A DNA stretch of 64,000 nt, taken from the sequence record OK283619.1, one strand, 5' to 3'. The DNA is from Escherichia phage LPEK22. This document shows, one piece after another, positions 17,030 to 26,003 of this stretch. Within the stretch, counting starts at the first letter, position 1. Every line of letters begins with the position of its first letter. The notes beneath the pieces were generated by a model that saw only the letters and a list, made by a program, of their open reading frames with translations, was not told where the DNA came from and did not search any database. The position numbers were made by a program, and so were the translations under genes.

Positions 17030-19238
17030 ATCATTAACATTTAAGAATGCGGTTGCGACCGTCGCGCCGTCTAACCATGTAATCGTTGTGGATATCTCCG
17101 GTTCCATGTATCGTTCACTTCCAGAAGTCCGTAAGCATCTGAAGGAGAACCTGCCTTCCCTGGTGAAACCGGAAGATACTGTGAGCATCCTTTACTTTTC
17201 ATCTCGCGGTGATTTCGGAACGGTATTTGCCGGACGTCAGATTAACAGTGCAACTGACCTCAGTGAGATCAATAATCTAATTGACCGTTTCCTGAAGCCT
17301 TCTGGTTGTACTGGTTTTGTTGAGCCGCTGAAACTGGCTGCGGAAACTGCCATTAGCCTGAATAAACCTGGTTATGTTAACAACCTGGCATTCATGACCG
17401 ACGGGTATGACAACTGCTGGCGTTCTAATGAAATCCTGGATGCCGCTGAAGTACTGCCCAAAGCGTTTGATAACATTACCTTCATCGAATACGGTTGGTA
17501 TTGTAATCGCGAACTGCTGGGGCTAATGGCAGAACGTTCTGGTGCGACCCACGTATTCGCCGAAGGACAGAATGAATATCAGACCGAATTGGAAAACGTG
17601 CTGAAAACTTCTTCACCGAAAGTTGTAGTCGATGTTCCTCTGGTTTATACCCATGCCATTTATGTTGAAAATGGCGTGGCGACTGTTTTAGCTGTGCATC
17701 CTGATGAAGAGCACCCTATTGGCCACGTCAGCATCCCTGAAAGCGTTTCTCAGCTGTGGGTTGTAAACCCCAACATGATCGACCAGCTGGATAATCTGGC
17801 AGACATCCAAGCGGCATACGTGCTGGCATTTTACGGCGTGTATACCATGGACGCCGATCTGGTCTGGGCCGCGCTGAAGAAGACGGGTGACGTCCGCTTC
17901 ATCAAACAGTACAGCAACTGTTTCACCAAGCAGGACTATTCCAACATCAAAGTCGATCTGACTCAGGCTATCGTAGACGAATCTCTGCGAGGAGTTGATG
18001 GCATCGATTATAATATGGTTCCGGCTGAAGACGCCACCACCATTGTTGATGTTCTGACGTATCTGGCTGAAGCAGATGTCTCTATCGTCACCAAGCATCC
18101 ACTATTCTCTTACAAGAGCATTGGGCGCGGTACTGTACAGAAAGTTGATGACACCGAAGACAAGTTGGCCGAAGAGATTGCGAATGCGACTTCTAAAGAA
18201 GAGCGTAAAGCCCTGGCGCTCAAACTGGCCGAGCACGAAGATTGGACCCCCGAATTCAATCCGGTTGATGATAAAGGGATTGTCCCGATCAGCAATTTGG
18301 TCTACAATTCAGAACGTCCTAACATCAGTGTGCAGACAGTTCAACACGGAACGGTTGTTGTGCCTGAGTTTGTACAGAAGAAATATGAACTTCCTGAAGA
18401 GCTGGGGACCTGGCGTTATCGCAATTACACCATTGTCAAGGATGGTATCATCAACCTGAAAACAATGCCTATCACTGCAGATTCTCCGATTGTTCGGGCT
18501 AAGGTGGCACAGGATTTGACTGCCATGGGTGTTCATGTGTTTGGTGGACCGGAAGTCTTCATTGTAAATCTGGAAAGTGTCCCAATGGTTAACCGCGCCA
18601 TGACAAAGAATATCAGTGCTGCTGAATTCTTTGCAGACAATGTGCGCCGTGAAGCATTGAAGGCAAAACAGAAAGTTCTGAAATTCTACCGTGATGAACT
18701 GGTTGGTAAAGGCAACGCTACTGGTCTGGCTTCAAAATATGGCAAAGAAGCAGCTGATTTCCTGTCAGCAAACGGAATTCGCGACTATGGATTTTCACCG
18801 AAGACTTCTTCTGTAGAATCAACCGATGTCTATATGAGTCGTGAATTGAATGTGAAAATCAAAGGCGCATCTTCACTGCCGAGCATCGCGTCTGTTATCA
18901 AAAAACAGACGGACGGTAAAAAACTGAATGTCGCTGATCAGCTGATCGCTAATGCCCTGGCTGAATACAATGCATTTGTTAAATCGCCGATGATCACCAG
19001 CGTACCGGAAGAGACTCAGAAAAAGCTGATTGAAAGCTGGATCGGAGACGCAGCAAAAGCGGCCATTAACGAAGTCCGCGCCCTGAACAAAACGCTGTCC
19101 AAGGTAGTTTATGGGATTGTTGCAGGCCATGGTTGGTTTACCGACCTGGATTTGGAAGAATCCACTATGGATGTGGAAGTTGATGGGGTGAAATACACCG
19201 TCACTGCCGAACTGGCTGAAAAAGAAGTCAAAATCTAA
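17022..19238 (+). CDS. von Willebrand factor A (vWA) domain protein (738 aa)
   Basis: MIDAS motif DISGSMY near N-terminus and vWA-like topology; start moved to internal ATG (MIESLTF). Confidence 0.75.
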   Translation: MIESLTFKNAVATVAPSNHVIVVDISGSMYRSLPEVRKHLKENLPSLVKPEDTVSILYFSSRGDFGTVFAGRQINSATDLSEINNLIDRFLKPSGCTGFVEPLKLAAETAISLNKPGYVNNLAFMTDGYDNCWRSNEILDAAEVLPKAFDNITFIEYGWYCNRELLGLMAERSGATHVFAEGQNEYQTELENVLKTSSPKVVVDVPLVYTHAIYVENGVATVLAVHPDEEHPIGHVSIPESVSQLWVVNPNMIDQLDNLADIQAAYVLAFYGVYTMDADLVWAALKKTGDVRFIKQYSNCFTKQDYSNIKVDLTQAIVDESLRGVDGIDYNMVPAEDATTIVDVLTYLAEADVSIVTKHPLFSYKSIGRGTVQKVDDTEDKLAEEIANATSKEERKALALKLAEHEDWTPEFNPVDDKGIVPISNLVYNSERPNISVQTVQHGTVVVPEFVQKKYELPEELGTWRYRNYTIVKDGIINLKTMPITADSPIVRAKVAQDLTAMGVHVFGGPEVFIVNLESVPMVNRAMTKNISAAEFFADNVRREALKAKQKVLKFYRDELVGKGNATGLASKYGKEAADFLSANGIRDYGFSPKTSSVESTDVYMSRELNVKIKGASSLPSIASVIKKQTDGKKLNVADQLIANALAEYNAFVKSPMITSVPEETQKKLIESWIGDAAKAAINEVRALNKTLSKVVYGIVAGHGWFTDLDLEESTMDVEVDGVKYTVTAELAEKEVKI

Positions 19239-19246
19239 ATTCAACT

Positions 19247-19270
19247 GGCGGGGAAACCCGCCTTCATTTT
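19247..19270 (+). terminator. rho-independent terminator after vWA gene
   Basis: GGCGGG-GAAA-CCCGCC hairpin followed by TTCATTTT. Confidence 0.55.
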
Positions 19271-19275
19271 GAGAT

Positions 19276-19593
19276 ATGCTTATGTCAAACAAACCAACTT
19301 ATGTTGAAGTAATGCGTGTTCTGGCTCAGTACGCTTGTGACAACCTGAACATGGAAACCTGGCGCAACGGGGATCACAAGGACAAGTTTGATAACATTGA
19401 TGATAATATCGATGCTTTAGCGCCGTTACGGGTTAAGAATGATCTCGGCGGTGACGATCTTGACATGATTGAGCTGGTCATGGAAATCGAAGAAGAGTAC
19501 GATGTAGAAATTAGTGACGAGTGGGTGGGTAAACATGGAGATGATCCTACCCTCGGAGAGTTAGCTGAACTCGTCGTTGTTCTCTGCAAATAA
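19276..19593 (+). CDS. acyl carrier protein-like protein lacking the phosphopantetheine-attachment serine
   Basis: DLGGDDLDMIELVMEIEEEYDVEISDE aligns with ACP [27 protein letters not shown]; Ser replaced by Asp (codon GAT). Confidence 0.7.
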   Translation: MLMSNKPTYVEVMRVLAQYACDNLNMETWRNGDHKDKFDNIDDNIDALAPLRVKNDLGGDDLDMIELVMEIEEEYDVEISDEWVGKHGDDPTLGELAELVVVLCK

Positions 19594-19602
19594 TAATCCA
19601 TG

Positions 19603-19671
19603 AAATCCCCAATAATTATTGGGGATTTTTACTTTCAAAGGCTTTACTTGAATAAACATTTGCCGTATTAT
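19603..19671 (+). promoter_or_regulatory. terminator hairpin plus early promoter: -35 CTTTAC, 18 bp, -10 TATTAT
   Basis: Hairpin AAATCCCC/GGGGATTT with T-run, then CTTTAC...TATTAT 53 nt upstream of ATG 19725. Confidence 0.55.
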
Positions 19672-19724
19672 TCAATAACTGGCTAACGTGGGGTTGGTCA
19701 GAAATTGAATAGGTTGATTATAAC

Positions 19725-19964
19725 ATGTCAAACAAGAAAGTAGAAACGGCAGTAGAAATAGACCGCAATTGGGGCTTGCTCCGCGCTAAAGGATTCCGCC
19801 GTGTGTACATGACTAAGGAAGTCTATGCTTCGCGCCGAGATGTTATCATTAGCAAGAAAGGAAAAGTATGGGTTGCTGAAGAGGTTGATGCCGAAACGGG
19901 TGTCGTCGGTAAGGTTAAAGCCAAGGCGAATATTCTTTTCGCTCTTCTGAAGCATATCAATTAA
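19725..19964 (+). CDS. hypothetical basic protein (79 aa)
   Basis: ORF downstream of early promoter at 19642-19671. Confidence 0.45.
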   Translation: MSNKKVETAVEIDRNWGLLRAKGFRRVYMTKEVYASRRDVIISKKGKVWVAEEVDAETGVVGKVKAKANILFALLKHIN

Positions 19965-20023
19965 TTCTATAAATTATGGCGGGGTATGATTACCCCGCCG
20001 ATTTGAAATGCAGGAACTATACC

Positions 20024-20479
20024 ATGACCCGTATCAATGTTATTCCCGTTGAATCTCTTTGCGACCAACACCTCCTTGCCGAGTACAAAGAACTTGCGCC
20101 AGTTGTCCTTAACGTGGTGAATGGAAAACGCCGTAATCTCAAGGGCGCTCCAAAGCAGTACAAACTCAACGAAGGTCATGTGCTGTTCTTCCGCGACAAA
20201 CTCATTTATCTGATCGAGCGCTACGATCAGCTTGTTGCCGAACTGATTTCTCGTGGGTATGTTGTCAACTATCCTTCGCTCCGCAATCAGGTGACGTCTG
20301 ACAATCGACAGGAACTCGCGATCTATTTGAACGATTACCAACCGACCCAGGCAGCAGTAGAAGAGAATGCCGAGCGCATTGTCGAACGTCTGAATGGCAT
20401 GGGCAAGATCACGTATAACAGAACACCAGTAGATCCATCCTACATGGTGAACGTTATGAAACAAACATTCCAATTTTGA
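20024..20479 (+). CDS. denV: endonuclease V (pyrimidine dimer DNA glycosylase, DenV)
   Basis: MTRINVIPVESLCDQHLLAEYKELAPV matches T4 DenV N-terminus; start moved to internal ATG with conserved initiation motif. Confidence 0.88.
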   Translation: MTRINVIPVESLCDQHLLAEYKELAPVVLNVVNGKRRNLKGAPKQYKLNEGHVLFFRDKLIYLIERYDQLVAELISRGYVVNYPSLRNQVTSDNRQELAIYLNDYQPTQAAVEENAERIVERLNGMGKITYNRTPVDPSYMVNVMKQTFQF

Positions 20480-20491
20480 AGAGACTATATC

Positions 20492-20770
20492 ATGACAGAT
20501 CAAAGAAGTATTGCTCGTTCGGAAATCAAAGATATTATACAGAGCAAAACCAACGAAACTCATGCTCAATCCAGAATGCTATCTCGATTTGTTGAAATTA
20601 AGTTTGACATTGAAGAGAATAACAATCGGAGAGCGCTGGAGGGAATGTTGGCGATTATCTTGGGCCATGTCACCAATTCAGCATACGACATGGATGATTT
20701 AACTCGTTTGTTGAACGCCCAGAATAACGTTGGGAATTCTGTTCGCGAATTGCTGTTTAAGTCCGAATGA
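20492..20770 (+). CDS. hypothetical protein (92 aa)
   Basis: ORF only. Confidence 0.4.
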   Translation: MTDQRSIARSEIKDIIQSKTNETHAQSRMLSRFVEIKFDIEENNNRRALEGMLAIILGHVTNSAYDMDDLTRLLNAQNNVGNSVRELLFKSE

Positions 20771-20807
20771 ACTAACTAAGGGATAATCCTATATCCCGAG
20801 GTGTGTC

Positions 20808-21257
20808 ATGTTCCTTACATCCTTTATTGACTGGATGAATATCATAAATGGCCTGAGGATTCCTGTTGGGAACCTCGGGCTTTCTCGTTCTTCTATGCCG
20901 CAAATCGATGCCGACAAACAAGAAGATTTTCACAAATATCTTGAAGACAACGGCGTGTCCATAGATGCTGCGCAAGTGCCCATCAAAATGCTTCGTCTTA
21001 CCCAGAACGAAATCAATAAAATGAAGGTCTGGAAGATTATGAAGCAGATCAGAAATAAGAAGCCCATGGGTCGAGTTTGGGTGTCTTCTGACAATTACGT
21101 TGTTGACGGGTCTCACCGATTTGTCGCTGCGTTGAACATGGACGGCAAACAGCGCATGAAGGTCTACAAAGTTGATTTGCCAGCGATGGAATTTGTTAAA
21201 CTCGCTAAACAGTTTCAGGGTGTGCGATACAGAACGGTCAGCGATACCCGTTTCTGA
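20808..21257 (+). CDS. ParB-like nuclease domain protein
   Basis: LRLTQNEIN...YVVDGSHRFVAALN resembles ParB/Srx N-terminal domain. Confidence 0.4.
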   Translation: MFLTSFIDWMNIINGLRIPVGNLGLSRSSMPQIDADKQEDFHKYLEDNGVSIDAAQVPIKMLRLTQNEINKMKVWKIMKQIRNKKPMGRVWVSSDNYVVDGSHRFVAALNMDGKQRMKVYKVDLPAMEFVKLAKQFQGVRYRTVSDTRF

Positions 21258-21336
21258 ATACGATAGTTTATTGAAACCCTTTACTCAACATGGTGACAGC
21301 CCTATCATTTTATCCAATGAAATAAGGAGAATCACC

Positions 21337-22026
21337 ATGAAACGTTTAATCATCGGGGTTGTGCTGGCTGGTCTGGCACTTCCTGCCACCGCCAAGCTGA
21401 ACTCCACAGGTGAAAAACTGTGGTCTGATCTTTCCTACTGTGCTGGGTTCTCCCAAGCCGTCGCTATAGACAAAACTGGTTCCATAGAGAACTTTGCTGA
21501 ACTCTGGACCACAGGTAATGTCACAGATGCCGTTGTAAATGCTGGTATTGAGTTTAATCGATATAAGCAAGGCGCGTTCAACCTGAAAGGATATATGAAC
21601 GACAAAGAATTTAACCGAGGAGGCATGGAGGCTGGCGATCTTATTATGACTGGTCGTATGGGTACACAAGGACGAATGACCGTAAGACAGTGCCGTTCTC
21701 TTCCTTCTCCAGCATTACAAAAAGGTGTGCAGGTTGGCCGACGTCAGCTGGATCTCATCAATGATGGCAACCAATGCATCAAGGTGTTTGAATATAGTGC
21801 CGACCAAGAATCAGATCGACGTTTGAAAAAGGAATGGCGGACTCGCGCCCTTGGCCTGAGAGCATGGCTGGTGGAAAATGATCATTATTATGAAGACCGT
21901 GTTCAGAATGGTTTGAAAGATCTTTCCACTAATTTGTCTGTCAATCTTGATGATCCAAGGCTTTCCCGTGAACTCAAGCAAACAAGAATTGACTGTGATA
22001 ATATGATGAAGGAGAACGAAAGATGA
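21337..22026 (+). CDS. secreted protein with Sec signal peptide (229 aa)
   Basis: Start at internal ATG with AAGGAG RBS; N-terminus MKRLIIGVVLAGLALPATA is a signal peptide. Confidence 0.5.
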   Translation: MKRLIIGVVLAGLALPATAKLNSTGEKLWSDLSYCAGFSQAVAIDKTGSIENFAELWTTGNVTDAVVNAGIEFNRYKQGAFNLKGYMNDKEFNRGGMEAGDLIMTGRMGTQGRMTVRQCRSLPSPALQKGVQVGRRQLDLINDGNQCIKVFEYSADQESDRRLKKEWRTRALGLRAWLVENDHYYEDRVQNGLKDLSTNLSVNLDDPRLSRELKQTRIDCDNMMKENER

Positions 22027-22343
22027 AAATCAAAATCTTATTGTTATTCCTGTGCACTTTCATGTCTTCCCAAGTATTGGCAGCTCCGGCCAGTAAGTTG
22101 AATATTTGTGCTGCTTGGTTGTCTACATATCAACAATTCCATCCGGATGATAAGGATACATCAATTCTTTTATCTGATTATGAAGGTGAATTGAAACGCC
22201 TTGATCTCTATAGTGTGGACCAGATAGAGAATGCGCTTGATTTATCTATGATGGAATCTGCCGCAGACAACAGCAAACAGACTATTAAAGATCTGACGAT
22301 GTGTCGTGAAATTGCAACTAATTTCGTTGGAAATCAAAGATAG
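22023..22343 (+). CDS. small secreted protein with signal peptide (106 aa)
   Basis: MKIKILLLFLCTFMSSQVLA signal peptide; ATGA overlap with upstream gene. Confidence 0.5.
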   Translation: MKIKILLLFLCTFMSSQVLAAPASKLNICAAWLSTYQQFHPDDKDTSILLSDYEGELKRLDLYSVDQIENALDLSMMESAADNSKQTIKDLTMCREIATNFVGNQR

Positions 22344-22392
22344 TTTCAGGTTAAAATTTTATTCCCCATTGAACTGAAAGGTGTATTTCGTG

Positions 22393-23184
22393 ATGATCAT
22401 TACCAAAAAGATCGCTGAGGCGATCGTTGAAAAGAATAAAATGTTCGCACCTAACAAAGCAAAGGTTATTCTGATCCATGATGATGGTCGCGTGGTCTTC
22501 GCTGAAAAATTTGAGCAAGGGTGCGCTTTCTGGTTTGCAGACACGATGCGTGAAAGCAAGCTACAGGGCATCATTTACAAATTAACTCTGGTTGCCAAGC
22601 GCAACGACCAGGGTGACTGGGTTACGGTTTGTGATTTCAGCTCCAAGGTTGATACTCGACCAAAATCTCGCCAAGAGAGAATTCTGGAAGCTCAGGAAAA
22701 ACTTGTTGCTGCTCGTACTTCACCAGTCATTAAGCCAGCAGTCATCTCCCCTTCTATTGATCTGCCGCCTGTCAGCCAAAAGGCTGTTGAGCAATATGCA
22801 GAAAAACGAAAAGAAGAACCCGTGAAGTCTCCGGTTGAGAATAAAGAAGAATCTGAATTTATTTCAATCAGGCAGTTATGTCCGCAAGAAAGGCGATTTT
22901 CTTCACCAAATGATTTATTCGTGTCTTTCCGGTCTAATGGGAAGATTATATTGTGCAAAACCCTACGGGAACAATTGCAGTGGCCTAACATCAATATGAT
23001 GGTGAGTCGGAACTTCAAACGATTCGCAATCGGTGAAGGTAAAGATTATCCTGTTAATAAGAGCGGAACATATGCAAATCGTCATATGTGCGACAAATTG
23101 TCTTTCCCAAACGATTCTGGCACTATTCGTGTTCGTTTAGAATGGGATGAAAGTTTGAACATGTATGTCGGTGATATAAAATAA
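22393..23184 (+). CDS. hypothetical protein (263 aa)
   Basis: ORF; track start is GTG, internal ATG chosen; followed by terminator. Confidence 0.45.
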   Translation: MIITKKIAEAIVEKNKMFAPNKAKVILIHDDGRVVFAEKFEQGCAFWFADTMRESKLQGIIYKLTLVAKRNDQGDWVTVCDFSSKVDTRPKSRQERILEAQEKLVAARTSPVIKPAVISPSIDLPPVSQKAVEQYAEKRKEEPVKSPVENKEESEFISIRQLCPQERRFSSPNDLFVSFRSNGKIILCKTLREQLQWPNINMMVSRNFKRFAIGEGKDYPVNKSGTYANRHMCDKLSFPNDSGTIRVRLEWDESLNMYVGDIK

Positions 23185-23198
23185 TTCAATAACATTAG

Positions 23199-23227
23199 GG
23201 CGGTTATTATTAAACCGCCTTTTATTT
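23199..23227 (+). terminator. rho-independent terminator
   Basis: GGCGGTT...AACCGCC hairpin followed by TTTTATTT. Confidence 0.6.
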
Positions 23228-23241
23228 GAGAGATCTATATT

Positions 23242-23910
23242 ATGAACAACAAGAGCCGTATTATCATCGGGGCTGACCAGGGTAATTTATATTTTGAAAG
23301 ATCTGATGTTGTCGCCCACGCTATCCTTCCCACTGGAATTTCCGTTTATTGTGTGGAACATCCTGACCCTGCAGTTAAACGTCTTTGCTATGTCTCCCGT
23401 GAAAATGGACTAATTGTATTGCCAGAAGGCGCGATTATGCGCGCTCGTTTTTGGCCGATCGATTTTAATTCCATGAGCAATAGGGAGATCGACGCCCGTT
23501 TCTTCGTACATAATATGAACCGGACTCTGAAAAATGAAACTCAGAGAGTTGTTCATTTCGACAATGAAACTCATGGAGTGACGTTAGAATTCAGAACTCG
23601 TGGTGAAGCTCTTCAGGTGAAGAAATCAAGCTGGAAAACTGAAGGGACGTTCACATATGATTATGCGTTAATCGACAAATTGTGTAATCAGTTTCGCATT
23701 AGCCTGACTGCCAACGACGATTTAGGTCAGTATGTTGTATGGACAGCCCGTTCACCACATATGAACGGTATCATGATGGAGAGTGAAACTCGTAATCGCG
23801 CTGTGCTCCAACTGCTGCTGTTAGACGCGTATTCTCGCAACCCGTTGGAATATCTGTCTCGGGAACAGATTGATAACGCGCTTTCTCATTGTAACCGTCT
23901 GGAGGTGTAA
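23242..23910 (+). CDS. hypothetical protein (222 aa)
   Basis: ORF only. Confidence 0.5.
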   Translation: MNNKSRIIIGADQGNLYFERSDVVAHAILPTGISVYCVEHPDPAVKRLCYVSRENGLIVLPEGAIMRARFWPIDFNSMSNREIDARFFVHNMNRTLKNETQRVVHFDNETHGVTLEFRTRGEALQVKKSSWKTEGTFTYDYALIDKLCNQFRISLTANDDLGQYVVWTARSPHMNGIMMESETRNRAVLQLLLLDAYSRNPLEYLSREQIDNALSHCNRLEV

Positions 23911-23911
23911 T

Positions 23912-24199
23912 ATGTCCGGCGTATGGTGTGATGTATTGTTGGTAAGATTTTCAAACGGGATGGATAATCAGATCATTTCATTCTTTTATCCTGTTCCCTT
24001 TTCTTCTATGGGTCTGACTGTCAAGCGCGTTCTTGACATAGAAGAAAAACTCAACACGATGCCGTATATGGCGCGACCACACGTGCTGGGTTGTGAACTG
24101 TTAAACGAAATGATGATTGACGAGAATCTTGTTGAAACAATTATCACGCGTGAACAGATGAAAACCATACTGTCTCAGGGAGAACCCCATGTCGAATAA
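23912..24199 (+). CDS. hypothetical protein (95 aa)
   Basis: Start at internal ATG with GGAGGTG RBS. Confidence 0.4.
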   Translation: MSGVWCDVLLVRFSNGMDNQIISFFYPVPFSSMGLTVKRVLDIEEKLNTMPYMARPHVLGCELLNEMMIDENLVETIITREQMKTILSQGEPHVE

Positions 24200-24509
24200 A
24201 CCGTTTGAACTTAAATTTCGCGTTTGGCATATTCCCCAGGTTCCTGGGATCGCTTTTCATGTTGAGGTTCCAACATTTGAAGAAGCGCAGCGCCTGAAGA
24301 ATACTCTGGCTGATTACGACCTGTTTCAGTATAACAATAACATCAAGCCGGATTATTGTAATGCTTCCGGCGTTCAAATATACCAACATGATCTGACTGA
24401 AGAAGATCTAAATGATATGGGTCTGGATGATCGTTGGGTTGATATCGAAGATATTGACGAACTCAACGATTATTTTGATCATCTGCGTAGCACAGGGTGG
24501 GAAATATGA
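24189..24509 (+). CDS. hypothetical acidic protein (106 aa)
   Basis: ORF with RBS GGGAGA. Confidence 0.45.
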   Translation: MSNKPFELKFRVWHIPQVPGIAFHVEVPTFEEAQRLKNTLADYDLFQYNNNIKPDYCNASGVQIYQHDLTEEDLNDMGLDDRWVDIEDIDELNDYFDHLRSTGWEI

Positions 24510-24715
24510 TCGGGTTAATCCGTTATCTGTTCATATTCGTAATTTCAACATTCATTTTATTTTTCTTTTTCAAATACTTGAAAGAGACTAAAATCTACCG
24601 AAGTAAACGTTGGCGTAAACGGGTGAGGGTAACTTTCCTGCTGCTGATTTCTTCGGTTACAATAACCGCACTCACATTGGGTGCATATATCTACATTTTT
24701 GAAGGGGTACATTGA
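24506..24715 (+). CDS. small membrane protein, two predicted TM helices (69 aa)
   Basis: ATGA overlap with upstream gene; hydrophobic LIRYLFIFVISTFILFFFF and FLLLISSVTITALTLGAYIYIF. Confidence 0.45.
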   Translation: MIGLIRYLFIFVISTFILFFFFKYLKETKIYRSKRWRKRVRVTFLLLISSVTITALTLGAYIYIFEGVH

Positions 24716-25506
24716 TGTTCAAGAAATTGGTGTTTGGTGCAATTATGGTTCTGGCTGCAAGTCTACTTTCTGGTTGTGGTGGCGTTATCGATGAAGGTAA
24801 TGTCGGCGTTCGCACCCAATGGGGTGAAGTAGACATGAACCCTGTAACAGCGGGGATCTACACCAGCTTTGTTTCAAGCGTGGATGTTTACACGACCAAA
24901 GAAGCCGTTGTGAGTCTGACGAAAATGACGCCAAAGGCCAAAGACAACCTGACCTTGGAAGATCTGGATGTGGACGTTTATTACACACCGAACGTCGCGA
25001 AGGTTCCTTGGTTCCATACCAAATTTGCAGGTCAGAGCGCTGAACTCGGTGACGGCACGATAGCGGTGGGATTCAACCTGGTTAAAACCGCCGCAGCATC
25101 CTCAACGATGGACGCCGTTTCCTCTTTGGATTCTATGACAATTCACACCCAACGGGCTGAGTTAGAAAAGATGATCAAGGAACGCACCCAGCAGCAATTG
25201 GAAACTGCTGCGCCTGGCATGTTCACAATCACACGTGTGTTGGTGAAAAAGGCGCTGACAGATCCTTCGATTGAGCAATCTATCCGTGATAATGTCATGG
25301 CCGACAAACGTTTGGATACAGCAAGAAAGAACGTTGAAATTCGAGACCAAGAAGCCAGGGCGAATCAGAAACTGACGACATCTCTGACACCTGAATATTT
25401 ACAACACGAATATAACATGGTGTTGCAATCTTGCGCCAACAGCGGGAAATGTACTCTGATTGTTGATGGTTCAGGCTCAAGTAAAATGCTAAACGTCGGC
25501 AAATAA
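24712..25506 (+). CDS. SPFH/band-7 (prohibitin-like) domain lipoprotein
   Basis: Lipoprotein signal with lipobox LLSGC; GNVGVRTQWGEV...VDVYYTP resembles SPFH domain. Confidence 0.6.
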   Translation: MMFKKLVFGAIMVLAASLLSGCGGVIDEGNVGVRTQWGEVDMNPVTAGIYTSFVSSVDVYTTKEAVVSLTKMTPKAKDNLTLEDLDVDVYYTPNVAKVPWFHTKFAGQSAELGDGTIAVGFNLVKTAAASSTMDAVSSLDSMTIHTQRAELEKMIKERTQQQLETAAPGMFTITRVLVKKALTDPSIEQSIRDNVMADKRLDTARKNVEIRDQEARANQKLTTSLTPEYLQHEYNMVLQSCANSGKCTLIVDGSGSSKMLNVGK

Positions 25507-25589
25507 ACGCTTTATTCAATAGTATTTGTTAGGTAAGCTGTAGTCCTCTTGTAGTGAAACATCGTAAACAACTAACTGGAGTAATCCGA

Positions 25590-25868
25590 ATGAACCGTAC
25601 TGATTTTATCGCTCACATCGCTCAAACCCAGGGTATGACCAAAGGCGAAGCTGAGAAAATCGTTGCATCTTTTATCAATGGCGTGAAAACTGCAGTCGCG
25701 GCTGGCCAATCTGTCCAATTCGTAGGCTTCGGCGCGTTCGAAGTTAAACATCAGGAAGCGCGCACTGGCCGCAACCCGCTGAACGGACAACAGATCCAGA
25801 TCGAAGCGAAAAATGTAGTTAAATTCAAAGTCGGTGAAGGTCTGAAAGCTGCTGCCAACGGCCAGTAA
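25590..25868 (+). CDS. HU/IHF-family histone-like DNA-binding protein
   Basis: FVGFGAFEVKHQEARTGRNPLNGQQIQIEAKNVVKFKVGEGLK matches the HU beta-arm signature; start moved to ATG with GGAG RBS. Confidence 0.85.
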   Translation: MNRTDFIAHIAQTQGMTKGEAEKIVASFINGVKTAVAAGQSVQFVGFGAFEVKHQEARTGRNPLNGQQIQIEAKNVVKFKVGEGLKAAANGQ

Positions 25869-25928
25869 TCACACCAGGCGTCGGCTCAGCGCATGTCTGC
25901 AGTGCAGCGGCGCAAGGCTAAAAGGAGA

Positions 25929-25955
25929 AGCCGAGGTTAATGCCTCGGCTTTTTC
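25929..25955 (+). terminator. rho-independent terminator after HU gene
   Basis: AGCCGAGG-TTAAT-GCCTCGGCT hairpin followed by TTTTT. Confidence 0.7.
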
Positions 25956-26003
25956 GTTGTTGGGATTCGGGTAAACTATAACAGAATCCAAAGGAGGAAC
26001 AAC

